A DNA stretch of 64,000 nt, taken from Schmidtea nova (lineage: Eukaryota). Of this stretch, positions 12,443-25,460 are shown piece after piece. Location of the stretch: NCBI GenBank assembly GCA_044892505.1, contig CM097883.1, positions 265,422,001 through 265,486,000 on the forward strand. The letters are read 5' to 3'. The translations under genes and the position numbers were made by a program. The stretch's first letter is position 1. The number at the start of each line of letters is the position of its first letter. Below the pieces are notes generated by a model that saw only the letters and a program-made list of their open reading frames with translations, had not been told where the DNA came from and searched no databases.

Positions 12443-14133
12443 TAATTTTAATTCTATTTTCATTCCCATTTCTGTTACTTTTACGATATTTTAATGAGGA
12501 TTTTTTCTATATTTTTAATAAATTATTATCTTTATTTTGATACTAGTTTTATTCTTTGATAATGCATTTTTATTATCTATAATTTTCCCCATTCAATTCT
12601 CGCGCAGTCTTTCGTATGTAAATTTGACCTGCACTCAAATTATGTGCTCCTTTTTGAGATGCATCTTTTCATTGTTTCTCCCTAACTCGACCGACTTATG
12701 AAAAGCGGTTCGTATGACTACTATTTATCCTATATATTTTCATGCTATTTTACAGTTTAATTTTCTTATGTGTTACCGTGTGATTTTAATTTTATTTTGA
12801 CGTAGTAAAACAAAATTTAAACTTCAATTCTACCAGTCCAACAGGTGAAGTTGAGAATTAAGTTAAGAGAGTTAAGTTAGCTAATTAGTAGTTATTAACA
12901 CTTAGAAATTTACTGCATTTTTCCATTTACAACACTCGGAGTAGCAGTGCTCATTTTTCGCGAGTATTTTTGCCCATTAGTTACAATACCAACGTTGCTT
13001 GTGATGTGTAACTATTGGTTTAATCAATAATTATTGTAGTCACCATTAAACAACATCCTGCTATGGTACCAACAATATTTTCAATTCGAATAAGCTAACG
13101 AGATTCATGGCAAATCGAAAATAATTTCTTTTTGGGGGAGTAAAAATTTTCTCTGTTACTCTCCAATACCCGGTGGACGAGGAATATCGTCGAGGGCGGT
13201 GTCGGCGGCATTTCCATATAGTGTTACGGGGTCACATCTAACTACTTATAAATTGAATTATTTTTATTTTGCATTTAAAAGAAATTTTGAAAGATAGTTA
13301 TAAATTTTAATTTTAAATCTCAATTTACCATTTTCAAGTATAATGTTTATTAAAAAGTATTGTCAAAACCGTCTGTTAATTAAAATTTGTTTTAATTTTT
13401 CTTTGTTTTGAATATTTTTGATAGCATTTTTTTAAAATGTACCTTAATTTTGAAATTCCTTTGATTGATTGTCCGCAATGTGTGTATTTTTTATGTTATG
13501 AAATGTGTAATGTATATGCACGCTGTACTTGAATGTTTTTGATGGCATGCGTTTTTTTCTAATATATGAATGTATTTCTTTATTATAAATTTCTTTTGTA
13601 CCTTAAATTTTGAAATGAAACGATTAAGTCTGTAATTCATACTATATAATGAATTCGAATTATATTATTAGACTTTAAATTTTGAAACTTGGTTTATATT
13701 AGTATTCCTGATATTGCTGAAGCATTTTGTGCTTATAATTAGTCTATTAAAACTCGTTCGTATTTATTGTGATGAAAATGTGCAGGCTAATTGTTTTAGG
13801 ATGAATCCATCTTACAAGCAATATTTTTTTGTATGGGCTACTAAATGTTAATATTAGATCTTTAATATTTTACAATATCTTTAAAAATATATTTTATTTT
13901 AAATATTATTTAAAAATTAAATCTTAACCCTTTCAAACATTTTATCCACATTTGGCTATAAACATTCTAGATAACTTTACTGGACGTGATTACTAATCCG
14001 ATATTACTAATCAAATTATCATCCAATTGTGTGAAATCGTAAAAATAATTTTGAATTATTACACTAGGCTAATTAGTGCATTTTAGACATCGTAATTGAA
14101 AATAACGTGACAAACCGCCTTCAAAATCCTTAC

Positions 14134-14141
14134 TATAAATA
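14134..14141 (+). promoter_or_regulatory. TATA box of peptide paralog 2
   Basis: TATAAATA about 29 nt before ATG 14170. Confidence 0.6.
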
Positions 14142-14169
14142 CTCATATCAAAATTATTATTTGTAGATA

Positions 14170-14410
14170 ATGTTCAGAATAATCCTAATGATTTATGTTT
14201 TGTTGTGTAGCAGCAATTTGGCAGAATCTGATACAATTCTACGAAACAATGAACCAAGTCGATATGAAATCTGCTCTGAATTAATTAATATGATCCAAAA
14301 AACCAATAATTACACTCTGAGAACGTATTATACCAAATTCTGCGTTGTTTCAAGGTAATGAATTCTAATTAATTAAATAATTTATTTTTATTTCCAGGTT
14401 TGGATATTAG
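14170..14410 (+). CDS. Secreted Cys-x22-Cys RF peptide precursor, paralog 2. Exons 14170-14354 and 14398-14410, 65 aa
   Basis: Signal MFRIILMIYVLLCSSNLAES; core YEIC-x22-CVVSR|FGY*; 43-bp GTAATG..TTTCCAG intron splits Arg AG|G; AATAAA at 14456-14461. Confidence 0.82.
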
Positions 14411-15799
14411 CAACATTTTTCCACTTTGGTTGTTCTCCAGTTTCAAAATCATCTAAATAAATATGACTATGCGTTCTTTTAGTGCCTGTTTTTTTGGTAA
14501 TTTTAGTTTTATAAATTATATTGCAGGATTAATTAAGCACACATTTATCCCTTAAAATTGTAAATTATCTAAAATGAAAAATACGTCATTCGATAGATAG
14601 GAATGTACAGCTGGGTTCGGCAATGGTGCAAATTTTTCGTTAAAAAAACCGCGCGTAAACGGAATTAAGTAATTTAAATTTTACTAACTTATTTAAATTA
14701 ATAATTTAAAATTTTTCGGAAAAAACCAAATGTTATTTTTTTTTATTATCATTTTTTTTATTATTTTTTTTATTATTTTTTTTTATTATTTTTTTTTTGT
14801 TATTAGTTTTTTTTTTGACGATAATAAAAATGATCGAAAAATATTACAATTATTTCCTGTTAGCGATATCAATTAAATTAATTAGGGCGGTTTGATTTCC
14901 GGTTTTATTCATACTTTTTCTCATAAATCATTTTAGTAATCTCTCCTGACTCCAAATATCCTCTCGTTTTTATTGTAAACTTCATCTCAAATTTGAAATT
15001 CAAAATTCATCTTTTGGTCAATTCTTTTCTCTAAAAAGTTTCAGCACAAGTTTACTTACTAGTTTTTTATGAAAAATTAAATATATCATAAATTGCACTT
15101 CAAGAAAATCATCATCCGAAGATTTATACTTTTGTCCTGGAATTACATTTCTAGTAAAATATGGTGATTTCTTGTTAGCAGCATTAATTAATTATTTACA
15201 TTTCTAGTAGTTCGAAACTGTCTTTCAAATTGTACATTTACTGAATGATGGGTAGTTGAATTAAAAATACCAATCTTAACATATTTAGGAATCATTTTAA
15301 ATTGGGCGTCAGTTTCAAATTATTTTCTAAATAAAGCGATGATTATTACATTTCCCTGGTGGAATTTCTATGTCTAAACCCGCCAGAAGATTAATATATG
15401 TTTGTAAAAGATGAATAATAGCTTTTTTAGTTTATATCATGAATATAATAGTTTTGTGATTCGTTCTCAATATCAATTTTTTGCGATAAAATTAATACCA
15501 AAATTGACTTAATCATATAAATATCAAATCTCAGTTTTTTTCTAAAAGTAGGTAGACATGGGGAGTCTGTCTCAATACCCCTTGTATGTATATTGCGTAA
15601 TCTATCACATTCTATATAGCACACATAATTACTAATTCATTACGAAACACTCGGTTTTTAAATAGCACACATGGTTAAATACCACACAAAATTATATAAC
15701 TGATGTCAAGGTCATTTATTGTTTATTTTTCGTCGCTATTTTTGAATTTTACAGTCATTTTGAATTTTTATATATACAATTTTTATATATAAAGCAGAA

Positions 15800-17620
15800 G
15801 TTATTGGTATTTTTACATATAAGTTTTATTCCTACAACAAGTGAAAGGTTTCTGACTTTATTTGCAAGAGTCGATAGTTTAACTAATAAATTTATCGATT
15901 CTTACCAATTTGTAAGCCGCAGCTTAAACGATGCTGTAAAGACTTTAACAGATTTTCATCTTACTTCATCCCAATTTATAGGGACTATTATTACTTCCAA
16001 AGGAATATTCTCATATAAGTTTGCAAAAATTTAGAGGTTTTACAGATTACATACGAATTGTCACCTATTTGGGAGGGAGTTTTAACCGACGAGTATGAAA
16101 AAACTCAAAATATATCTCGTGAATTTAATTGTGACACATTGTTTAATTATATGGTGTTATACCTGAGATAAGATGTATTCTTACTTGCTGACTTTTTTCA
16201 GCAATTTAGAGCAAAATACATTACACATAACTGACTTGAGTCTCTTTAGTTTCTTGGGAATTTTAGACATGTTTTGGAATTGTGGTTTGATTACTTTAAA
16301 ATCTCCTATAGAATTGTTTCAAGATATAGAGATGTATAATTTTTTCGAAGGGGGATCCGTGTTTGGTTAACTTTTGTTAACAAACACCATGAAGTATCCT
16401 CCGACGACATTGAGCTTCTTTACATAGATATAAATAATTTATATGAGTGGGCTCTTGGCCAAAATCTGCCTTATAAAGAATTTAAATGCGTAACTGATAG
16501 GGAAAAATTAAATTAAATAATTTATTATTTTGAATTTGTGATTTAGTAGTATTAACATTCGGGTTTACATTTGAAGTCATTTTGAAATTCCGGATTCGAT
16601 TAACGACAAGCTGAAAAATTTTACAATTTCGTTGAAAAGTTGTGTCCACCTGGCTCGAAAGTTGAATAGTTTATGCATACACATTATCCCAAGAAGAACT
16701 ATGATCTTCCTTTGAAACTTCTCAAATTTTTTCTTTCTCTTGTAGTAACAAATGTCCATAGGGATTTTTAATTTAAACGAGCTTGTAATTTTAAGGGCTA
16801 TATCAATACCAATACCAGATTTCTGATGGAATCAAGTAATCCCGTGGGTAAAAATTATTATTAATTATTAAATAATAGTCTCTACGGTTTTACCGTAGAG
16901 AATCTTAAAAATGCATAAATTTAAGATTATATAATTCGGATTCTATACTGATTACATATTCTTCTAAGCCAACTTTCAAAATAAACGTTCGAAATTGACG
17001 ATGACTTGGTTGCAATCTTGCTGAATAACGAATCTTTGAATTTGAATAAGACCAGCTACATTGGTCAAACTGTACTAGATTTATCTATACTAAGAATTTA
17101 CCAACTGCAGTATGAAGAGTTACGAATTCAATCGTAACGAATTCAACTGCGAATATTAACATCGTTGCTGTGACACCGATTCTTTCTTTATTGAGGTTAA
17201 AAATAATAAGCTTGGTATTCATTCACCGACAATGATAAGATATAACTTGATTAACATATCAAATTATGATCCAAATCATCCCTTGTATTCAAGGAACCTT
17301 GATTCTGTCATTGGCAAGTTCAAAGGCAAAGAAAAAGGCCTTAAATGTAGAGTGTGTGTTTTTAGGCCTAATTGTTATAGCCATTTAGGTGATGATGAAA
17401 CTCAGAAAAGCTAAATGGGTAACATTGAAGGGTACTGACATAAAACGTCAGTCACACCTAGATTGTTTTGATAATAATAACCAAATATCTTCTGTTCCAC
17501 AGACCAGAATCACAAATAAAAAACATAAACTATTCACCATCAAAAATTAAAAAACTGCACTGACCAACGCAGATGATAAAAGGAAATGGGTTGTAAACCC
17601 AAAAGCTTTTGGCCTTTATA
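15800..17620 (+). pseudogene. Decayed protein-primed B-family DNA polymerase (Maverick/Polinton/adintovirus type)
   Basis: Ordered motifs in broken frames: KFIDSYQF, KGIFSY, FFEGG, YIDINNLYEWALGQNLP, LLNNSLYGFTVENL, CDTDSF. Confidence 0.85.
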
Positions 17621-17859
17621 GTGGAGGTGATTTGTTTATATTTCAAAATACTGATTCAAGAATCAATGCAGATCAAGAATTCCAAGATCTAACTGAAAAT
17701 ATACATGATGACAGTTTTATTTAAAGAAAATTGTTCAAAAATTTAGTTTTTATTGTTTTTTATTTATTTAATAAATCGTTTAATATGGTATAGATTATTT
17801 TTAGTCAGATTTTATAATTTGGGAACTAATTTTTAGAAACTATAGTTACAACATAGTGT

Positions 17860-18640
17860 GGTGGTTGTTAAAATAAACAGAAAATAAAAGTAAAAGGCAC
17901 AAAAGCTATATGCAAATCAATAAAAATACAAATTTGGAAAGATAATGATCAAAGTGAAAACAAAAATTAAAAATCTTTTAAATTCAAAAATAAAGATTTA
18001 GAGAGGGGGAACTTGTATGGGAGGAGGTCAAATGTTGAGGCGAATTCAAATATGGGTATATAAATTAAAAAAGGACCCTCAAAACAAATATTTAGAAAAT
18101 ACAAATTAATAAAAATAATTAATTGCCTAAAGGGAAACCCGAGCGATGTGGGAAACCTGGGGTATCAACAAAATCATTTAATTATCCAAATAAATTGGAT
18201 TAGCAAAGGATGCCCCGGGAAAATCCACAAACCCAGTTTCAGCAAAATTCTATTAGGCAGCGGCAAAACCAATCTAATTATTTTATCTTGACAGATCCAA
18301 TTAAGGCGACAGGATGAAAAGAAAAAGACAGTATATAAACTGAGGGCAATTTGCCGATATCGCATTGAGTGGAGAAATAAAGTCAAAAAGGGAACAGAAA
18401 CCGTAATTGAAAGTTAACGAGTATCGATTGATCAATTTTCTCTGCGTACCAGAAAGGGAGATCTCCCATTGGGTTTTCTACCCTAGCGTAAGAGTGCAGA
18501 CAAGTATTGTAACTTTTTGTGATTTACATTGTTGTGATTGAATTGAAAAATAAAAATTATTGTGTTGGGTCTAATTTATTTTGTGAACGAAAGGACACCG
18601 GAGTCAGATACCAACCGACTATCCATTAATCACCTAACAA
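17860..18640 (+). mobile_element. Solo-LTR-like repeat, diverged copy of the family at 20750-21450 and 35715-36570
   Basis: Shares TTAATTG..AA(A/T)GGGAAACCCGAGCGATG, GAAAATCCA and TTGTGTTGGG...GAGTCAG blocks. Confidence 0.5.
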
Positions 18641-18644
18641 TAGA

Positions 18645-18965
18645 AATAATAATAAAAGATAATAATAAATAAAAATAATAATAACAATAATAACAATAAC
18701 AATAATAATAAATATTAATAAAAAAAATAATTTTAATAATAAAATAATAATAATAACTATTAATAATAATAAATTATACTTATAAAAAAAATAATAAATA
18801 TTAATAAATAAATAATATTAATAATATTGATATTAATAAATATTAATAATAAATTATAATAAATTATAAAAATAAATTAATAATAAATATTAATCAATAA
18901 TATTAATTATAATAATATTGATTATAATAATAAAAATGTGAAAAATAGAATCAAAAATAATATTA
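18645..18965. repeat. (AAT)n-derived low-complexity tract
   Basis: Almost exclusively A/T, with AAT/AATAAT periodicity. Confidence 0.85.
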
Positions 18966-20670
18966 ATAAAACTTTTTTTTAAAATGGCCACCTCTTGTTT
19001 TAAAATTCAAAAGTTACAATTTATTTAAACAAAATTTCAAAATGACGGTAAAATTCAAAAATAGTGCCGAAAAATTAAAACAATAAATGACCTTTACCTC
19101 AATTATATAATTCTGACATCATAAATTGCGTGCTGTGTAAAAGCGCGAAAAATGTTACGTGTGACTATATAATCACGAGTGATATGATAAACCTGAGTAT
19201 TATGTAATGATTGTGTAATCATATGCAATATAAATAACTCAAACGATTACGTAATATTCACACAGTAGATATTGGGCCTGACTCCTCATATCTACCTACT
19301 TACACAGCTTATTTCATGTATCTTCATAGTTTGTGATCCATAACTTGCAATTGGTAGTATCTAGCTTTCTCTATTTTTCTCTCTTTATCTGAGACAAAAC
19401 ATAGTTACCCGTCGCAAATCAACGTTGGTGATGTAACTAATTAGTGGATACACGCAAAAAGTGAGCTCTTTTTCAAGAACTATAATTGACCGAGTATCTC
19501 TATGGTTTCAGGGGGTGTAAATAGTAGATTTATGCTCATTTTCACTTTATGGTCCCCCTATCTTTATTACGAATTCAAATTATATTTGCTGAGAGATCAA
19601 TTTAAATTACGAATTCTATTGTAAAATACTTTAATCATTAACTTTAAATAATCATTATGAAAAATCCTTTAATTATTTACATTATTTAAATATTTCAACA
19701 GTAATTCTTTTTAAAAAATTTATTATTATCAAAACATAATTCAAATAAAACCATATAAAGTAAGACATTGCTAATTATAATATTTAACGCAAGCATTCTG
19801 TTATTAAAAGTTCTTGTCGCTAAGGTTACTGGGTAACCGGACAATTCGTTGGTGGACAATTCGGCGCAGAAAAACGGACAATTCGGCGCAGAAATAAAAT
19901 AATAATATATTGATTTAATAATTATAATTTATACCATAAATAAATAAGAATAATTTTTGTATTTTGTAAATACCTATCGATTCAATCTTTAATTATTTAT
20001 TTTTAATTATTCAATTTGTAATTATTTCCGCATATTTTTCAATCGTGTTTTGTTTGGGTGATTGAACTATATAATTCCAACATATATACACCATTTGAAA
20101 ATTTTTAGTTTTATTTTATTTTAAGAATTTAGTTCTTAAATTCTCAACCTTTTTGAGTACACATTCATTGAAAGACGACGAAGAAGACGATTAGGTGGTG
20201 CTCTTTCTTCATCCGATATCTGCGACTGCTACCAAGCTCTCTGTGATGACATTCCTCGTACTAACAACGCATTGGAAGGATGGCACAATGCATTTGCACG
20301 GACAGTTCAAATTGCACATCCAACTCTGCCGAGGTTAGTATTCAAACTTCAGAAAGAACAGAACAGCAATCAGATGAACGTTGAGTCTATGCTTGCAGGT
20401 GAAGTTCCTTCTCTGAGAAAAAGAAATATCGAGATCTGGATTGTCGATTGCTCACAGTTGTACTGGATTATGAGAATCACACATCAATCGATTATTTGCG
20501 GGGATGCAACCACAACATTAATTTAATGGATTAATAAATTAACCCTTTCAGACTCATTGTAATGAATTTTGTTAAAGTCCAAAAAAATCGTACAGGATTA
20601 TTCAAACATTTTATTGTAGACATTTATTTGTGTTTAATTAACTTTTTTCATATAATTGGTGGATTTAATA

Positions 20671-20712
20671 TTATAATGGATTATAATGGATTATAATGAA
20701 TTATAATGGATT
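20671..20712. repeat. 10-bp tandem repeat TTATAATGGA x4
   Basis: Direct reading. Confidence 0.9.
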
Positions 20713-20749
20713 AACACTTGATAATAAATAATGATAAACTTGTTGGGTT

Positions 20750-21450
20750 ATTATTCTGTAAGATCGGTTTACTGACCTGACTCCTCGTGCTCTTTAATTA
20801 TCGAAATCAATGAACCCAACACAGAACAATCTTTTTATTCACGATCAACACAAATTACAATCTTTGTTATACACGCTTTTGGTCAATTTACGCTTTCTGC
20901 TGGATTCGGATTTGACTCTTTAGTTAAAAGGATACTTTCTCACTTTGTCTGTTTGATTTCTTCAGGATCTTTCTTTATTTGTTTTCGAATCTTTTAATAA
21001 TCTCTTTTTTAACAACAACTCGTCGGCCCCGTCCTCTGTTTTGCGCTGCCTTTTATAGTTCTCGCAAATAGCAATTAGGTTTAATCGATATCCTCGGATG
21101 GATTTTTCCTAATTGCCCTGACTTTGATCTCTCGGGTCTCTTTGCGCTCGGGATTTCCTCATCGCTCGGGTTTCCTATTGCCTCGGGCTTCCCATTGTCT
21201 CGGGTTTCCCATTGAGCAATTAATTAATTTTAATTAGTTTGTTTTTATTAAATAACTTTCTCTGGGGACCCCTTATTAAATTTCTATTATTATTTTTGGG
21301 TTCGTCTTTTGATTTGGTATTCAACCATACCCATTTCCCCCAGTGAATATTAATTTTACATTTTTGATAAATTTTAATTAATTTTTGCATTTTAATTTAT
21401 TTTGATATTTCTTGTTACTTTTGTGATTTTTATACTAACCCCAACAAACT
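20750..21450 (-). mobile_element. Solo-LTR-like repeat with TATAAAAGGCAGCGC and AATAAA, homologous to 35715-36570
   Basis: Long colinear similarity, e.g. ATGGTTGAAT(A/G)CCAAATCAAAAGACGAACCCAAAA and TTGTTCTGTGTTGGGTT(T)CATTGATTT. Confidence 0.7.
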
Positions 21451-21639
21451 TGACAATTTAGCATTATATTTTATTTTTATTATTACGTAATGTGTATGGT
21501 TGCTTTATTAAGTATTCAACATTCAAAATACAATTAATATATTTTAATTGTCCAGCTCCTATATTCCCCCCCGAATTGACGCGAAAAATTGTCGGCGTCG
21601 AATTGTCCTACAACGAATTGCCCTAGAACCGATTATGGT

Positions 21640-22400
21640 AACCCACACATCTTCATGAGAATGATAAAATCTCTTCACTTGTGTACCCATTGTAACTCCT
21701 TAGTAATCTATGTTGATAAGGTGCAATAAATCGATGAGCTAGTGAGGTTTGTCTCCAAAACTTCTCACTGTATTTTTTTACGCAGATTCCTGATGCAGAC
21801 AAGTTCTTACGAGCATATTTACTTTCTCTTTCAAAAGTCTTCATGATTTATCAACTTATTGTATAGCATTGCTTTATCAAGTCTAATATCAACACCTATT
21901 TATTCGCTAAAAATTCTAAATAACATGCCGCCTATACATCCTAATTCAATTCATCTTTACACCCCTAATTAACTTTTAACCTAATCAATCTATATAATTT
22001 AATAAAAGATGCTTTGAGACCCCGTTCTGACTTGCGGTTCGGTTTCTTCAACACATCAGGAACTTGTGGCACTGGGTTAACAGAGCTCCTCCTAAATCAG
22101 TTTAATTAAGGGAATCATTTGAGAAAGAGAATTAAAACAAACCGAATCATATTTCACAATATTTATTAAATATAATGCAAAAAACTTCTAAATTACTAGC
22201 TACATAAAAATAACATATATTTGTTACGTCCTGTCAAAATTATTCCGATTAAATCATCAAATACAATACCAATGCTGGCTGGTAGAATTATTGATAAATA
22301 TTCGTCCGCAATAATAAATTACCAAAATATTTAATGTTTTATTCTTTAAAGCAAAAACTAAATCCTAATTTAGTTTGTTTAAATGACGTAGTAAAATCAT
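21640..22400 (-). mobile_element. Degenerate LTR/leader plus gag relic, homologous to 10050-10710
   Basis: Shared blocks as listed for 10050-10710. Confidence 0.5.
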
Positions 22401-22719
22401 AAACAGAACACGCGCAATAAGTCGATTTAAAATCCAACACAAACGCATAATAAACATCCTAAAATATATTACATTAAGTGTATAATTAAAATGAAAACAC
22501 ATAATTGTAAAAAAAAACAAAAAATTGAAAGAAGTAAATACGAATTTTCATAGAAAATAACACGAAAACCCTTAGACGACTAAGAGCAAGTAGCGACTAT
22601 GAAAAACAAAATATTTATAGAAAATATAAAGTCAATTTAGAAATATCATAATGATATTTATAATGAAAGATTTAAGAAAGAAATCTTTAGAAAAAAATTG
22701 ATATTTTTAAGAAATAAAG

Positions 22720-23460
22720 GAAAAATCAATTAGATGCAACTCTATATTTTACCTAGAAATAAGAATTTACAATTTTCTAACTGGGCTAAGATCATCAATC
22801 CTCCTTTTGTCATTTATTTTGATTTTGATTCTATTTTACCTACTGATGATAGGTTTTTTTCAAAAACATATTTCCACCTTTGTCCGTCTTTTCTTGTATA
22901 TAACTTCACAAGGGAAATATTTACAACGGTTTCTTAAGACTTGATTGCTTAACTAAATTTCTTGAAGAAATTAGTGATATTTCTGAAAAAATTGCTAAAA
23001 TCGTTTTCAAAATTAATTACAAGAAACCTCTTTTTTAAGACTGTCCATCTTCTGCTAACACTTGCTGTATTTGAAAAAAAGCTTTAGTAGAACCTGCTGG
23101 AAACCATGACTATTATACTGGTGAATAGTTAAAGCTTCTTATAGTTCTTGTAATCGGTCCAGACAGATACATAAAGAATTACCTGGTCTTTTCCATAGTT
23201 TAATGGATTATGTTCTCCATCATATCCTTAAATACGATTTCGTTAATAGTAAAATTTGGAGAATTTCTCGCATTCTGACAACTAGCGAAAGATTTTTAAC
23301 TTTATCTGCAAAAGGTAGTAATTTAACTATTAAATTCATCAATTCTTGCCAGTTTTTGAATTCTTGTTTAAATGACGCAGTTGAAACACTTCTTGTTTAC
23401 CTTTTATTAGATCAGACTGCCGATTTCTTTTACGGGCCAAATCGTTTGATTACAATTGAT
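22720..23460 (+). pseudogene. Second Maverick-type pPolB relic (N-terminal part with endonuclease-VII-like Zn motif)
   Basis: NWAKIINPPFVIYFDFDSIL; TCCI*KKALVEPAGNHDYYTGE; LFHSLMDYVLHHIL; KFINSCQFLNSCLNDAV. Confidence 0.75.
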
Positions 23461-24289
23461 TAGATCATAAAATGGTGATTCCTTGGTAGCATATCTGAAC
23501 AGTAACGAATGAAACTTTCCTTAACTCGTTCGTCTGCATTCTGTTCGATCTGTTTTGGTTCTATGTCTTTGGTTCGAATGTTTTATTTCTATGGATGGTG
23601 TGATGTAAGTGTTGGGAAATAGGTCCTGCTCACAATATCTTAATGGTAGAATTATATTAGTAATTGTGTCGTGAACGAGTTTTTGATTTTATTGAAATCG
23701 ATTTTCCTTGAGTTTCACCTTAAAGGTGCGTTTCTCGATAGCATTCTTACTGGCTTGTTTTCCTAGTAGATCCTTATGCTTCCAATATGAGACATCTTCT
23801 CATGTAAGAATCACGAAATCTCTACTTTTCTTCAACGCTGGAGAAGATTTGTCGCCTCCATTCTCTCCATTTCTTGCTTATGTCGGATTGGTTCTTTCAA
23901 CGCTAACTTCAATGCTTACATTGTCGAGTTCATATAAAACTAGTAAAGTATCAATTATTATTTCTTACTCACAACACTTTATATTGGGTTTTCGTCTCAG
24001 AAAGCTAATCCAACTCCTATCTTTTTATGTAAAAACAAGAAAGAAACAAAAATAAAAACAAGACAAAATCAAACAAAAATTTATTGAATAATCAAATATT
24101 TACCAAGTGAGGATTTATAGTGTCCTTTGAAAACTCACGGGCTGGTATTACTTTGAACAGAGTAACACGATTCACGTGACTTACGTCTCCGGGTATATTC
24201 ATCTTTGATCAGCCTATTCCGTTCCTTCTGGTTCTATCCGTGGCGCGCACATTAACTAGATTTGTTTCTGATCTTTATCGCGGCTTCTT

Positions 24290-25460
24290 TATGGGTTTAT
24301 TTTTTTCTAGTTTCATGGACTGTTTGATGATTTTCTGTGCTTGAAATTCAGACTCGTTTGCGATCGGTTGGATTTCGGCATTGGTAGAGGCCACAAATTC
24401 TTCCTATTCCCGTTTGATAATAATGAGGTTTAAAGAAGATTGAGGTTGATAGTGCTCTACCAAAGTTGAAAAGCTCTAGTCGCATTCGAGGATCACATTA
24501 AAACTCGCTCCAAGAACATAAGTCTAACTGAAGGTGTGGGTATCAGGTAATTCATAACTTCCATAAGTACCTACTCCAAGGTGCAGCTAGCTGGCAATAT
24601 GTTGTCCTGCAGGTTGTTTTATCGATGTTGGACGTTTTGGTTAGTTTATGAGTATTGATGCAATTGAAAATTAAAAGTGGTCACCACTTCCTCTCTCATC
24701 GGAAGTTAGTTGTACTGTCTGGGGTAAAAGTTTTTTTAGAAGATGACCTACCCTGATAAGAAAAAATTCTCTGCTTCGAAGAGACAGGTCCATGTTCTTT
24801 CGGACCATCCCGGACTCTAGCCTGAACCAAATTTTTTTATGTGGGTGTCGCGTGTCAATTGATTGTACTGGTGATTGAAAATATTTTAAAATTATTCTTT
24901 AAATCTCATTTAAATTTTTGAATGGGTGCTTTCGAAAATGAGAGTTGACATCGTATTATAATATAAATTCTGAGATTTGATTTTGAGAGAACGTCGCTCC
25001 GGAGATCTCACCACTTATAATATGAATAAATGAGAGACCTTTATTAGTCAAACTTCAACTCATCACTTTTATATATAGTAATTGATATTGTAATTTTGTT
25101 CTCATCTCATTTTCGATGACACCTATTTCAAATTTATGTTTCGCCATTAATTTTGGGTTGTCTTAATTCGGTTCACGAGATCATCTAAATAGATGTCTCA
25201 ACAGGCTTCTATCAAGGCACCGTTGTTGCGATTCAATAAAAAATGTTTTCACGGTAGCTTTACAATGCTGACCTTGCATTATGGTCAGTAGAAACTGCTA
25301 ACGCATTCCACCGCCTATGAATATTTCCTTTTTAAGGACGGCAAAGCTTCGCGCACAATAGCATATTGGTGTTTCACAATCATATATTCGGATCATATGT
25401 ATTAGATCATTTACTTGTTGTGAAACTTTTTTAACTATTGTGAATTATCTTTACTTACTT
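24290..25460 (-). mobile_element. Scrambled Gypsy pol relic (RNase H and integrase/chromodomain-like pieces)
   Basis: AVSTDHNARSAL (RNase H TDH motif) near 25280; YELPDTH and ESEFQAQKII (chromo-like) at 24330-24560. Confidence 0.45.

Larger units (their letters stand above)
19832..21630 (+). mobile_element. Mutator-like (MULE) non-autonomous element with a transposase C-terminal remnant, interrupted by a solo-LTR-like repeat
   Basis: TIRs GGTAACCGGACAATTCGTTGGTGGACAATTCGGCGC and the reverse complement of GCGTCGAATTGTCCTACAACGAATTGCCCTAGAACC; RTNNALEGWHNAFARTVQIAHP at about 20255-20340; no clear TSD. Confidence 0.75.
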
